Positions 12,001 through 25,407 of a stretch of DNA of 64,000 nucleotides are shown piece after piece. The notes below the pieces were generated by a model that was not told the DNA's origin, ran no database searches, and saw only the letters and a program-made list of their open reading frames with translations. Location of the stretch: NCBI GenBank assembly GCA_951406725.2, contig OX597815.1:94922001-94986000 (forward strand), read 5' to 3'. The position numbers and the translations under genes were made by a program. The DNA comes from Octopus vulgaris (taxonomy: Eukaryota). The first letter of the stretch is position 1, and each line of letters opens with the position of its first letter.

Positions 12001-13900
12001 TTCATGTGTATGCACACTCATTCTCATACACACATACTGTTTCAATGGGTCAAGTTGACCATAAGTATTAAACATCTAAAGACTATAAAATTCTAACTCA
12101 CAGTCCACCGTTTATAATAATATAAAGACTATTACGAAAAATAAATAATTTGAAAAGGGCAAAGATTTTAAAAACCATAAATGAAATATTTTTGCGTTTC
12201 TTCATATAAATGACTGGATACAATAAATTGAATTAATAGCTGAATCCTTCGAAGTATTTTTCCATGTATAATGTAATGGAAAATAGAATAGTTAAAAATT
12301 GTAGTATAAAGGTAAAGAGAAATAAATTAGTTTGGACAGCATTGGCAAATATACGAATGAAATTTAAATAAATCAATGAAATAAGCTTTGTATTTTAATA
12401 TTTTACAGTAATGCAATTATTCCGTTTGGAATTCTCATAACTACTTTTGGAGACATTGCACACACAATGGCCAAATCTGTAATGAGAATAGACGTTCTTC
12501 GCTGATATTCAAAAGTCACGTCACCTTCAATGTCATTTGAGAAAGATATGTATATATATTAGATACTGAAATATAGGAAGAGGGGAATACAAGAAGAGAG
12601 AAGAGACATTCATTTAAAGTATATCTTCATAGCCGGAAGAATATGATTTACATAACAATAAACGACAGTGTACATAAATAGACCTGCTTTTATGGATTAT
12701 TGCGTGATGTATGGTCAGTTTTTAGCTTAGGTATATTCACTATTCCTGCAAATTGCGTATTCGGTATCAAAACTGTTTTATTAAATTTGATGTTTTTGCT
12801 CAGCCAATGAACATGTCCCCTTTTATCAATGGCTCTTGACGTTGCTAATAAATAAGCGAATAATAAAAAAGAAAATAATAAAGCTTATCAATAATCTTTC
12901 TCACCTATGGCTTTTTGTCAGTTATTTTTGAACAACATTCCTATTTTCTATAGTTCTTAACGTCACTATTATTCTTTGTTATTTATCACTGCGTTTTTCT
13001 TTGAATGCGATTCTACAGTACGAAATCCTTTGTCCATATAATATATTTTTGTATGATTTCTGTTTCTAATTGTGAAGCGTTTGAATAGTATATTTCTCCA
13101 TTCAAAGGTATCTTCTTCCATGTATAAATGGTAACTGCTGAACCGCGTTATTGTTACCAGCTCCATTCTCTGTTGAGGTTATTTTACTGACTACCCCTAT
13201 ATTTGGGCAATTCTGAATGACGCATTGCTGTTCAACATGTTTAAAGGGATGAGAACGTTTTTTTCTGAATACTTGCTGTTATTGCAGCTTCACGTATGTC
13301 ACATCTCATCGAACAGGTCCATGAGTAAGCTATTCAAGCCGTAAACATTTTAGCTTTTCCGTAGGTACCTTGAACCCAGCATCTCATTATCCAGCTCTCC
13401 TTTTGTATGATTTTAGGGTGTATTTTGGGAGATGTGTGGCTAGTATTTCTGGCATATCTAATATACGGCATAAATGCTTAAAAGGACCATTTACTTTAGA
13501 GTAATAAGTAATAACATTTATGAATATTCTAATCTCCTTTATAATTCTTTATAATTTTCTCTTGTTTTGTTCTTTCTCGATTTCCCTGAGAGCAACAAAG
13601 TGAAAGTAACATTGACCAATAATAATGGTCAAAGTAATAATGACCAATAATGTTTTATTGTGAGCAACAAAGTGAAAGCAGTATTATCTAATGACCAATA
13701 ATATGATTATTTTTAGTTAGATTTTGCATTCTTCTTTTATTAAATATTTTATATCGAACTTACCTGGTTTTCGCAAAAGTGGCGTAGTTAGTTAATCATT
13801 CTCTATACAATTTAATATTCTACTCCAAACAGTGTACACTCTTTTGCATTTACTCCGTGGTTCTTTCAAAATTTCGTTGCTCCGTACGAAGAGAATCTAT

Positions 13901-13945
13901 AATTCGCTGATGATATCATAAAAATACCGAAACATGTTCCGAGTT
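13901..13945 (+). ncRNA. Degenerate minimal hammerhead motif
   Basis: aattcg-CTGATGA-tatcataaaaatacc-GAAAC-at-GTTc-cgagtt; 6-bp stem I, palindromic AACATGTT; stem II eroded, one extra nucleotide at the cleavage site. Confidence 0.55.
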
Positions 13946-15990
13946 TCTTCATTTGTTGCCAATATATTTGATAATATATTGCCTATGGCAATATATTTTT
14001 CTTAACGCATAGTTAGTATGTTCACAAATTGACTTTCAATGCCCCTGCATTAAATACATCAATATTAATTGATTAATATTTCCGGATAAATGATCTCAGA
14101 GGCTATTCTTAATATATCACTATTAGTATGCACGAAAACAGACCCTATGCAAAGCCAATAAAGAAACTTCTAAATTTCTATGGGCATTATAAATTACTTT
14201 ATCCGTTAATATCTTGACCACGGTTAATCAATTCTTTCTTTCGAAAGTCAATTATCCTGAGGCTAGGCTATAATTCTTATGCAATAAAAAACATTCCTGA
14301 ACTTACATTGTTTGTACTTCACTTTTCATATAAATATGTTACTCATTGTCTCAGATTTTCTACTTAGATCCCCTCACTATTTTCCGACAATGCAGATGAA
14401 CAATAGGAATTATAACTCGTTGGCAAACATATATCTGCGAGGAAAAAAATATATTAAACTTAGATATGCCCATTCCCTGCAATTACGGGGCTAAGAGCCA
14501 TTACTTATTGCATGTATGCGTATTGATTTGTACAAGGAAATGCCACTGCTTAACACTCTGGAAGTAGCATAAAGATTTCCAGAGATACTGCATTACTTCC
14601 GTTCTTGCTAGTGTGAAATTCAGTGTATAATAAATATATTGCTATTTTTGAGTAGTATTAGTTTATATAATAGTCTCTTTTATCAGCAAATAGTACAGAC
14701 AGTGTTTTCATTAATTCACCTCTACTGAAAGATGACATAATGCCATCATTCATATCAGGATGAAAAATATCTCTAGTTTATTTCCTCTTCTTTGTTCCCT
14801 TCAAATGTCTTGGAAGAGTTGTTTTTATAGCATAACCAGGTACCAGTGCGGACAAGCAGAGCCAATATCTAAATAATATTTCGATAATTTAAGGTATCCA
14901 CATACACATGATCAAATTTTTGTTGGTGTTAGACGGACATCCTATTATAGCTCAGCAATGTCGTTTTGTCAGTGTCAGTTAATTTCAGATAAAATTCCTA
15001 TCTTCAATAGCTTTTCCTATTGTAATGATTTGTTATTTACATTTATTTAAATGGTATTTATTACGCTGAAAGATGTTTATCGACTCCGTACGATGAAGAT
15101 AAAGTGAACATTGTTGGGATTTGATGATAGAACATAAAGGACCATTAGTAAATAATGATAGTGCGAGTTCATTGTTCTTGCGGTTGTTAACGAGAATATA
15201 TATCCTGTTTACGATATTTTTATTACCATTACATTATTTTTAACCGATTAGATCTCCGAACGCCCACCTTTAGTTTATTTCTGGTATAAATATCTATATA
15301 TTAATACCTCCAGGCCAAATGTATGACAATGTTGTATAGATAGGTGAAGGAAGATAGAGAGGGTAAGAGAATATCATTAGTGCTATGAGCTACCAATAAG
15401 AATTGGTATATATTATGTGAGGAAATATTTAGACGAAAGACGAGTTAGGGAGAGAAGTAGAACTAATTTAGCATATGAATTTGTGGTATAGTTAAAAAGG
15501 GAAAGTGTGTGTGTGTGAAAGAGTTAGTAGTGAATGCCTGTTTATAGCAGGGACGCGTTGTAGATATATCTGTCTGTTCATATAGATAGCTGCATCTGCA
15601 GATAGAATATAGTAAGATGGATGGATTATTATATCGCTAGATAGTTAAAGCAATGTGAAATAATCTTAGATATGAAATAGCTCTGGATGTTTCTCTTTTT
15701 AACTCTTTTGCATGTTCCAGTTCAAAGTCTGTGGTCATGCTGGGGCTCTACCATTATTCAGCTGGGTTTTTTTGTAGGTTTCAATGCTTATTTATTTCGA
15801 CATGCTAGATAGATAGGCAGGTCGACAGGTGTACAAATATAGCAGCAGATATGCAGAGAGATAGATATATCAATATATATATATATATACATATAAAAAT
15901 CAAATGAAAAGTGAAAATAATCTTGATTGGCAAATAACTTAGATTGAGGTTTGTTACTCATAAGAATAGTGACAGAAAGTGTGAGAGAGA

Positions 15991-15994
<4 letters not shown>

Positions 15995-16069
<75 letters not shown>

Positions 16070-16120
16070 TGGATAGACAGATAAATTGATAGATAGATAA
16101 AGAGAGAGAGAGATAAAGTG
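15995..16120. repeat. (TA)n/(GA)n/(GATA)n microsatellite
   Basis: Direct observation. Confidence 0.9.
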
Positions 16121-16971
16121 AGAGACAGTCAGGAGAGTTAGAGAAGAAAATTTTGGGGTGAGAGTAGGAGAAGGTACAGATATATGACACACACGCACGC
16201 ACACGCTCTAACATACATTGCTATAATACTGAGAACTGTAGTAGATTTTATAGTTGTGATAGTTACATCGGTCGGGATATTGGTTAATGGAAGTGAGGAC
16301 ACACAAAGAGTATATTTTATTGACAAATTTTTCAAATAGTCAATCACTGAAAGTATGCGCTTTAATACAATTAATTGTTGCCTGCTTTATTCGATTATTT
16401 CACATTTGATTATGTCGAAAATATATCCAGCTTTTGTCTAGGTATATAATGCTCTAACTTTGGAACGAAATGGATGATGTAAAAGTTAGATTATTCGCAA
16501 GGCAGTCGAGTAAAAACTATTGAAAGAATTGAAAGGCACAAACTTGTAGAGATGCCACATGTTCCTATTATTCGTAATGACATTGTTTGATAATTGAGTA
16601 GATAAATATTTAAAATTAATATTGTATCCATCCATCCATCCATCCATCCATCCATCCATCCATCCATACATACATACATACATGCAAAACACATTCATAC
16701 ATACACACATCAAGTATATATCAAGTTTTGTTAAAGATTTACCGACGGAGTTGCACAGTAACAGGATAATACTATAGACAGATTATGTCTTAGGTTTCGT
16801 TGCATTGTTTAGTTGTTGATGTAAAGTAAAATACAGAATATAACAATTTTCAAGGTAGAAGAGGCATGAGTACAACTTTCAGAAAAGCGGTTTCTTCAGA
16901 CTGTCCATCCAATACTACTACTTATGTAAAGTTTTATACTATCTAAAGTAAAAATAAGATGAACTTTCAAA

Positions 16972-17356
16972 TCTCTCTCTATTATAAACGGCAGTTTGTC
17001 TGTGCGTGTTTCTGTGTGTCTGTTTTCTTGTACCCTCACTCTGACCACGGCTTTCAACCGATTCTGATGAAACTTGACACACACATAGCCCAATGTCATA
17101 ATTCAAAACTAACGCAGCGAAAATTTTGAAAAGTTCCCCCATTTCTGAAAAAAATCGATAAATTCGACATGGGGTCGAGAATCAGAAACACAAACCGCAA
17201 ACTGTCTAGGGGACGCAACTCCACCTTTTTTAACTCTCAAAAAAAAATTACCATCATTTTTTTCCATTTTTTTGCTATTTTTTGGCTATAACTCTCTAAA
17301 AATGCTTTATAGTTATTTCCCTTACAAACCTGAGCAACGCCGGGCGATACTGCTAG
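16972..17356 (+). mobile_element. Non-autonomous Helitron (385 bp)
   Basis: A|TC 5' end, GC-rich subterminal hairpin cctgagcaacgccggg, CTAG|T 3' end; 5' part homologous to 33503-33717(-), 3' part to 19713-19781. Confidence 0.85.
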
Positions 17357-18153
17357 TACATTATATATTTTATTGTTCTTTATAAACTTTCATGCATCTT
17401 ACAGTTTTCAAAATGACCGTGGGCAGTTTTATGATATCAGAAAAAATTCGAAATATGGAACGTTCCTCAGAGAAAAAAATTGCAGTGAATGTCACTAGGA
17501 AGCAGTTATGTGTAAAATGTACCCGAGCAAGTATAACAAAGAAAAAAGTGCCTTAGTAATAGGTAGAGCCTGCGGAAGCAAGAGCTACTCTATTGTATGA
17601 TTTCAGACTATGATCTCTGGCTTAAATTCATTCTGCTGTATGCCTAGGAAGAGTGTTTTAATTTTATTTAAAGTTTATTATACACCTAGTTCAATAATAA
17701 TTACTACATATTCTGTGACTGATATTCGCGTACATATTTGTCTTATCTCATCAGTCCATCACCTCTCATCAGATCAACATTAAACATTATGAACTAAAAT
17801 ACCGTTTCTAAGAAACTGTTGCAGTTCATAGAGAAATTCGTTATCATTCAGACAATTTTCACCGGTCAAAAGGCTACATTAGCAAGACAGACACATAATT
17901 TCCGGTATAGAACATAAATTAATTGATCTATTGTCTCGGCTATTTATTTCCCTTTATTTTGAATATGAAATAATGGCAAATGATGGTTTTCTTTAACGAT
18001 TTAACAACACATGGCGTTAAGACTACACCACAAAGCGAGCTGTTTATAAAATGATAATACCAGAACGTAACATTATAGTGTTCAAAGTCATAGTTTGTTG
18101 TGGTGTGTATGCGTGTGTATGTGTATGTATGCGTGTGTGCGTCTGTGTGTGCC

Positions 18154-18256
<103 letters not shown>

Positions 18257-19071
18257 ATTTATACATGCATATGAAACGCCTTATTTTAAAAACTTCCTAG
18301 AATAAATAAAAATCTTATATTACTACATGGAACAAATAAATGTATTACGCGACCAAACTATATTTTGATTTATATAAATTTATCGATTTTTGCCACAAGA
18401 GTAAAACAAATCAAAATTTTGCGTTTATTATTCTCAAATTTGTTTGATATATAATGTGTGGAGTCAGATCGTCACGAGAATAACATTTGTTGATTATAAC
18501 AAAGCACAATAAACCCGTTGACTGTTATATATATAGAGAGGTGTGGAAGTGCTATTTTTCTGCAAAATAATGTTTGTTCCGTATCGATTGGATGGGGAAA
18601 TATTTTTCTTAAAATAATGTTATTTATTTGGAGTAGGAATGACAATCCCTTCGAAATTTTCAGCTGTTCCTGATTAATGAAGTTGGTACGGTTGAGGAGC
18701 AAATTAAAAGATATTCCATTTGGTGACTCGACCTGGTAGAAATAGCGACCCAGACGCTCTTAAATTGGAATCTACAATGCTGAAAGAAGAAACAAACGTA
18801 TTAAACGATGTGGTCCTTGATACACAATATCTAAATTAAAGATGGAATTTTCAAGAGATGATCTCCTCAGTCAGTCTGTTTAATTTGGAGCGACATAGGA
18901 TTAAACGTCATGGCCTTCAGAGAGATAACATAAGACAGAAATGTGTTTCAGAGACCAACGGAGTGGGTAAGGATCGTGAGAAGGAAGAAGTAAACTTGTA
19001 AAATTTTGAGAAGAGCAGTAATGTTTACTATTTCCGCAGAATATAGAGACAGCGTAAAATATGTATTTCTG

Positions 19072-19129
<58 letters not shown>

Positions 19130-19268
19130 TATATACACACACACACACACACAAACACACATTAGACTCCTCACTCGTATCACTATCGAACCAAGAATTT
19201 AACCATGGTCTGTCTATAGCACTTAGTAAGCGTTACCCGCCACTCTTTGGGTCTTCTAGATACCTATA

Positions 19269-19780
19269 TCTATATATATAAAACTGTAGTTGTGTGAGTG
19301 TCTGTCCCCTTCGATTTAGATTCCTAACTACTCCCACATTTTGCGGTGCAGTTTAACCAAATTCGGGTATCTTATAGTCGTGATTCATATCGAGCCCGTC
19401 TGGGTATTAGCGCGCATCTACGATGAGTCTACGATTTTAAAAATAATTTAACATCATTTTTTATTCCATTTTAATGCATAATTTTTCGTGTGTCGATGGC
19501 GGCGGAGTTATCGTCCACGCTCACATCTGCACCTGTTTGCTTCTCCCTCTTCTTCCCTCCCTCGTGAAGCTGTGGGGAAGGGAGTGTAAGGAAATCAACG
19601 TCGTAAAGCGTTGTCAAGGAGACCAGCGTTCTTTTAGAACAACGACTTCATGGCTTGAAGACACCAAAACAGAAATGGCTAAGAAAGCCCGAATTGGCAT
19701 CTATAAGGGAAGTAACTCTCTAAAAATGCTTATATAGTTATTTCCCTTACAAACCCGAGCACCGCCGGGCGATACTGCTA

Positions 19781-19781
<1 letters not shown>
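19269..19781 (+). mobile_element. Non-autonomous Helitron (513 bp)
   Basis: A|TCTATATATATAAA start, hairpin cccgagcaccgccggg, CTAG|T end; last about 70 bp nearly identical to the 16972-17356 element. Confidence 0.85.
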
Positions 19782-19816
<35 letters not shown>

Positions 19817-19817
<1 letters not shown>

Positions 19818-20076
19818 AGGCGTAACTGTGAGATAAGAAGCTTGCTTCCCCACCATATGGTCTCGGGTTCTGTCCCTCTGTGCGGCACCTTGAGCAAGTC
19901 TCTTCTACTATAGCATCGAGCCGACCAAGCCTTGTGAGCGAATTTGATAGACGGACCGAAATAAGCCCGTCATATATATGTGGCCTAGAGTTGATTTCTT
20001 CGACTGAAAACATTTAAGGTGGTGCTACAGCATGGTCACAGTCAAATAACTGAAGCAAGTAAAAGAATAAAAGAAT
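19817..20076 (+). mobile_element. tRNA-headed SINE with CORE-like ccttgagcaagt segment and LINE-like tail (internally deleted)
   Basis: Reverse-complement match to 37232-37574; tail ggtggtgctacagcatggtcacagtcaaataactgaagcaagtaaaagaataaaagaa. Confidence 0.8.
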
Positions 20077-20282
20077 ATATATACCTGTGAGTGTGTGTGT
20101 GTGCGCGCTTATATTTGTGTGTGTGTGTGTGTGTGTATGTGGTTCTGTCTTCCCATCACTACCACATTCTTTCAGCTAAAATTCTTCAAAACAGTGCACC
20201 AGCATGACCGCAGTCTAATAGCTGAAACAGGTAAGAGGTAAAAGATATCTTTTAGTCTGTCTGTGCGTGTGTGTGCATATGT

Positions 20283-20336
<54 letters not shown>

Positions 20337-20697
20337 GTATGTGTGTGCACGAAAATTGCGTGAAAGCACCAGATGTGTTATAAAATGCTAAGTCGTTTCC
20401 ATCACATGAAACTGTTATATATATATAGAAAGAAAGAAAGAGAGAGAGAGAGAGACAGAGAGACAGAGAGCGAGAGAGAGAGAGAGAGAGAAAGAGAGAA
20501 TGGTACGAAGGGAATCGATAAAAAGCTTGAGATCATAACCACATTTATGTGAATGAGAATGACCATTTTTAACTTGCCACAAATATTTGAATTTTCGCTG
20601 AATATTTCTTGCTTACATATGGGATGTTGAGTAGATATACGCGAGTTGTTTCGTGAGAGAGTCTTGACAATTGTGCATGGTGGTGGCTTTGTATGTA

Positions 20698-21970
20698 TCA
20701 GGTTGAGTAAAACGTAAGCAACGATTTGAAACATGAACTTCACCACAATATATTTCAACAATGCGGAAATTTTATTCAGCAAAGTACGTACCATTACAAT
20801 CAACACACTTTTGCCAACGAGTTACAAGTTATTGTAACATAAATGTCTGGTGTTCTAGAACAGATGAACTCTTTGAATGCACTTTTGATTTTTGAACTCC
20901 TACTCTCGCAGAAAACCATCAAGGTGTTTGAAAACGTTGTAGTCAGTAGGAGAAAGGTCTGGGGAATAAGCTGGGTGGGAATGAACTTCGTAGCCAAGTT
21001 CCCTCAACTTCTGGAGCGTCATTAGTGAAACATATGATCTAGCATTGTCACGAAAAATGATTGACACTCTTCTGTTGACCAGTCTGGGAGGGAGGAGTAG
21101 TAGTTTTTCATTCATTTTGGCAATTTCATAGCAATATGTTTTTTCCTGGTTTTAAGAAGCAAAATGGCTTTTCCTCGTTTTAAGAAGCTATAGTGGATGG
21201 GTCCAGCAGTACACCACCATACTGTTACCATAACCTTCTTTTTGAAGACCTATGATTTAGGGAAGGTTTTCTGCGCTTCATTTTTGTCCAACCACTGCGA
21301 GGAACGTTTTTACTATTGTACAGAATTCGCTTTTATCGCAAGTTACAATACGGTCGAGAAATTGATCGGTCTGGTTACGGAAAAGAAGCTACGAACAAAG
21401 TCCATACCTGTGCATTCTCTAAATTTCATTCAAATCGTGTGGTACCCATTTATCAAGCTTTTTGGATTTTTCCGATCGCATGCAAATGGTTGCAGGCAGT
21501 TTTCTGGCTAAGCTCTTTTGCCATTTCTCGGATGGTTTTACGTGGATCTTTCTCAATGACGGTCTTTAAATAGCCTTCATCAATGACAGATGGGTTTCCA
21601 CTACGCTCACGATCTTCAAGGCTCAGCTTTCCATTACGAAATCGTTTAAACCATTTTCGAGCTGACCACTTACTGGTCATTTCCTCACCAAATTTTTCGT
21701 TGATATTGCGAGCAGTTTCAGCTGCTTTACGTCCTTTTTTGAAGTTGAATAGCAAAATTGTTCTAATATCGCGCATTCACAGTTCCATTTGAGATGATTG
21801 TAACAACAGTAAGAAAAATATCAATGTTAATTTATTGATGCATTTGGGCAAGTCTATGTCTGTATTATCAGACAATTGCCAAAAAAGTTTTTAAAAAATC
21901 AAAAACTCTGTAAACATCTGTTACAAATTCTTCATGGTTCAAAATATTGCTTACGTTTTAATCAACCTGA
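20698..21970 (-). mobile_element. Full-length mariner transposon (1273 bp) with TIRs and flanking TA; transposase pseudogene
   Basis: TIRs tcaggttgagtaaaacgtaagcaacgatttgaaacatgaa versus reverse complement tcaggttgattaaaacgtaagcaatattttgaaccatgaa, each flanked by TA; motifs WFKRFRNG, WVPHDL, DNARSY, HPAYSPDLSPTDY; frameshifts. Confidence 0.95.
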
Positions 21971-23319
21971 TACATAAATTGAAATCTAGCGTTAAAAAAG
22001 ACTTCAATATGGATGACATAACTACTTTATTTCTTTTATAAACATTTCTATATACAACCAGTGTATATTCTTGTAGGTTCACTCAAAGTTCATTTTATTG
22101 CTAAGACAGAAAGTTGTTTCATTGGGAAAGAAAGAAATCCAAGTATATCCTATGTTGCTTCTTGTAATTGTCTAAGACAAAAAAATTAAAATACTATAAG
22201 TCATTGAAAAGTATTGCTTCTTTTCATCTCTGTTTAATATACTTCGAGTTTATTTTCTTATTTATATTATGCATATTCAACATGTTAACATTGCCGCAAA
22301 AATTGGTTTTCGTGCAGTGGCGCCTAAGAGACATGCTTTTGAAGAGATTCTATTTGTCTGAATTAGGTAAAATACAGTGTTTATATTTCACTTAGTAATG
22401 ATTGATATATCACTATCTCTGCAACTATCACAACTCTAACTTTGTAAAAGTTAATTCTAATCTAGTTCCTTAAATGAAAACAAGCATAAATGCAGAGCAA
22501 ATAAATTCAATTAAAACATTTTGGAAATTATCACTGGAAATATCAGACAGAAAATAATATTTACATAGCTAAATTGTTTGTCGCTCAGTGAGTAAAGAGA
22601 GAAGTACCCATTACTCACGGCAGAACCTTGGAGTCCGGTGTTATGTAGGTTAGAATATATATCCAAACTGGGGACTTTGTTCGAATGCTTACAGCAGAGT
22701 GGAGTCCATCAAATGTAACTAACCGCCAGGTGGTAATGTTAAACAAAACAAGAGCTTAAGTCTATCACCAAAGGGAGGTAACTAATCAATAACTTAAGTT
22801 ATTTTATTAAATTCATCAATATTAAGCGATCGCATGTATTAATGTGTATGTTTTTGAAACGTAAGCAAAGTATCTATAATCTGCAAGTAGCATTGATTTG
22901 CAGATTGGGCATGCAACATACTTGAAGACCTAAAATACAACGCTCGAGATAAGCAAACATGGTCATGTATTCACCAATAATACATAACATGCATAAGTGC
23001 ACACAATTAATTTGAAAACTTGATCTTAACTAGTAATTTACATTTTCAACCAAGATCAAAGATGTACAGGGTTGGGTAAAGAATAATGAATTCTAACGTG
23101 TATTTTTTATGACATTTGTATCAGACTGTCAGAAAATGCCACGTGAGAATCTCTAACAATGTTATCTAAATTGCAGTGTTGGAGCTTTATGACTTACTAT
23201 GGGAAAAATACATACATACATACACACATACACACACTAACACACACACATACACACACATACATATACACTTTAAGTTCGTTTATGCTAAACGTTTTTG
23301 CGTGTACTCATAAAAAATT

Positions 23320-24480
23320 CTCATGCTATTTCTTCAGGCTACCGTTATTCCCATCTTCCAGAGTCATTATATGGGTACCGCTGTAGCGTAGGGTAAGTAT
23401 AGTAATAACGAAAACTTTCGGATGGAAATTCCTAAATACTTTAATGCATTGCTACGTACGTTTCCACAAAGCACGTTTCCTGTGGATGTATTCCCCATTT
23501 ATAGGACACGGCAAATATGATATGCAATATCCATAGATTTTAAGGAGAGCTATTATTACATGCATTCATTCCTTCAGGGAAAAATTGCATTAATGTTCTT
23601 GTTGATCTGAATATTTTGACTTATGATATAAACAGATATATAGAAACAGTACGGGAAGGCGGACATAGGTAGAATTTTACTTTGTATCTAGATTTTTACA
23701 AGTAGGCGTGTGTGGATAGGAAGAAGATCAGAGATAACATAGATAATATAAGGAGTGGGTGGGAAAAGAAGATGGTAATGATTTTCCTTGTCTTGATTTC
23801 AGTGTTTATGTACTGTGAGAGGGGGAGCGCGAGCATTTGATTTAGCGTAAACCTCACCATGATACTACATTATTGATTTTACAAGCTGTAAGAGCAAGGG
23901 AATAAATTTTTACTTAGATATTAACAGCTTGAGATTTCTACTCCGGCGCTGGTTTTGTTGGAGATTTGGATTACCTTGGTATCCTATATTATTTTACACG
24001 GCTCCCTGCTGTGCTGTCAAATATTGTTGCTTAAAGGGTTGTGTTTTTGTTAGAGATGCTACTATTCGTTCTATGGTGGTGTTAATTTTTTCTGTAGAGA
24101 CAGCATATTTGTCTAGTATTATTTTTGTAGTAAGTTCAATAATATGATAGTAAGAAGCATTTATGCACATGGTTTATGCTGGAGGTCTTCAAAATACTCA
24201 TAGGAACCAGCCATAAAATTTACAGAAAATTCCCATCGTTGTAAATTGGTAAGTATTCCATGGCTAAATATTCGATACAGCTAGAACATAAATGCAGTTT
24301 TGTCTGAAGAAACGAACACATGTAATAATGATTCCCATTAAAATGAACGGATATTGCAAAGCATATTTGTAATGTCCTGTGGATGGGAAACGTAGCCTCA
24401 AAAGGCATATACTTTGTGAAAACACGTAGTAATGCATTAAAGTATTTATGAAATTCCATCCAAAAGTTGTCATTATTTCT
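23320..24480 (-). mobile_element. Decayed PLE-like 3' fragment bracketed by inverted pLTR-like repeats (23410-23620 vs 24260-24475)
   Basis: About 200-bp inverted arms; interior minus frame KIILDK...IERI...TQPFKQQY weakly resembles a GIY-YIG C-terminus; third direct copy at 25040-25232. Confidence 0.55.
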
Positions 24481-24505
24481 CCCTCTCTCTCTCTCACTCT
24501 CTCTC

Positions 24506-24588
<83 letters not shown>

Positions 24589-24589
24589 G

Positions 24590-24959
24590 ATTAAGTTTCA
24601 GTTGAATTAGGTACTTAAGTTGAGGAAACAAGGATGTCAAGGTATTAGGGCATTACGGCTGTTTCCAGCAGCTCCATTTAATCGATAAATGCACGCATTA
24701 CGTCAATTTGAAATACACCGCCTTCCTCGGACGCATAAGACCATATAGGTGTTTAACATACAGGATACTCCTTTATAAATTTTTAGCAAACTTTTCATCA
24801 GAACTAGAGAATAAAAGAATTACATGTCTGTTGCTATTATTGTAGTTATAAGAAATGCGGTGTGCTTCAAATTGATGTAATGCTTGCATTGATCGCTTAA
24901 GTGGAGCCGCCTGAAACGGCCGTAATGCACTAATTCCTTGACATCCTTGTTACTTATTT

Positions 24960-24960
<1 letters not shown>
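24590..24960. repeat. Inverted pair of HHR-bearing repeats (HHR 24649-24735 minus, 24841-24929 plus)
   Basis: Arms 24625-24722 and 24857-24953 are reverse complements; GAAAC-(a/g)gcc-GTA-atgc in each; flanked by (TA)n. Confidence 0.8.
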
Positions 24961-25014
<54 letters not shown>

Positions 25015-25039
25015 ATGTGTGTGTGTGTGAGTGTGTGAA

Positions 25040-25232
25040 GCTCACGCTATTTCTCCCAGTTACCTCCATCTTCCAGTGTAATTGTATGGGTACTGCCATA
25101 GCGTAGGATAAATATAGTAACAGCGAGAACTTTTGGATAGATATTCGTAAATACTTTAATTCATTGCTACGTACATTTCCACAAAGCACATGACTTTGTG
25201 ACTGTATTCAACATTCATAGGACATGACAAAT
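25040..25232 (-). repeat. Third copy of the 23320-23520 repeat
   Basis: ccatcttccag...tatgggtac...tagcgtagg...aaatactttaat.cattgctacgtac.tttccacaaagcac shared. Confidence 0.75.
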
Positions 25233-25247
25233 ATATATATATATACG

Positions 25248-25291
<44 letters not shown>

Positions 25292-25294
<3 letters not shown>

Positions 25295-25407
25295 GTCCAT
25301 ATCACGTTGAAAGCACTGGTTCTCGTCCGATCACCGAAGTTAAACAACGTCGAGCCTACTCAGTACTTAGATGGGTAACCGTTTGGGAAACCTAGGTGCA
25401 GTAAGCA
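25292..25407 (+). pseudogene. 5S rRNA-derived sequence (pseudogene or 5S-headed SINE)
   Basis: tacgtccatatcacgttgaaagcactggttctcgtccgatcaccgaagttaaacaacgtcgagcc...agtacttagatgggtaaccgtttgggaa...ggtgcagtaagc matches metazoan 5S; first bases missing, no oligo-T terminator, solitary copy. Confidence 0.9.

Noticed and set aside
16865-16905. CTGAAGA...GAAA on the minus strand
   Set aside because: Stems I and II do not pair; likely chance
25292-25407. Functional 5S rRNA gene
   Set aside because: 5' end truncated, several substitutions, no oligo-T terminator, not in an array
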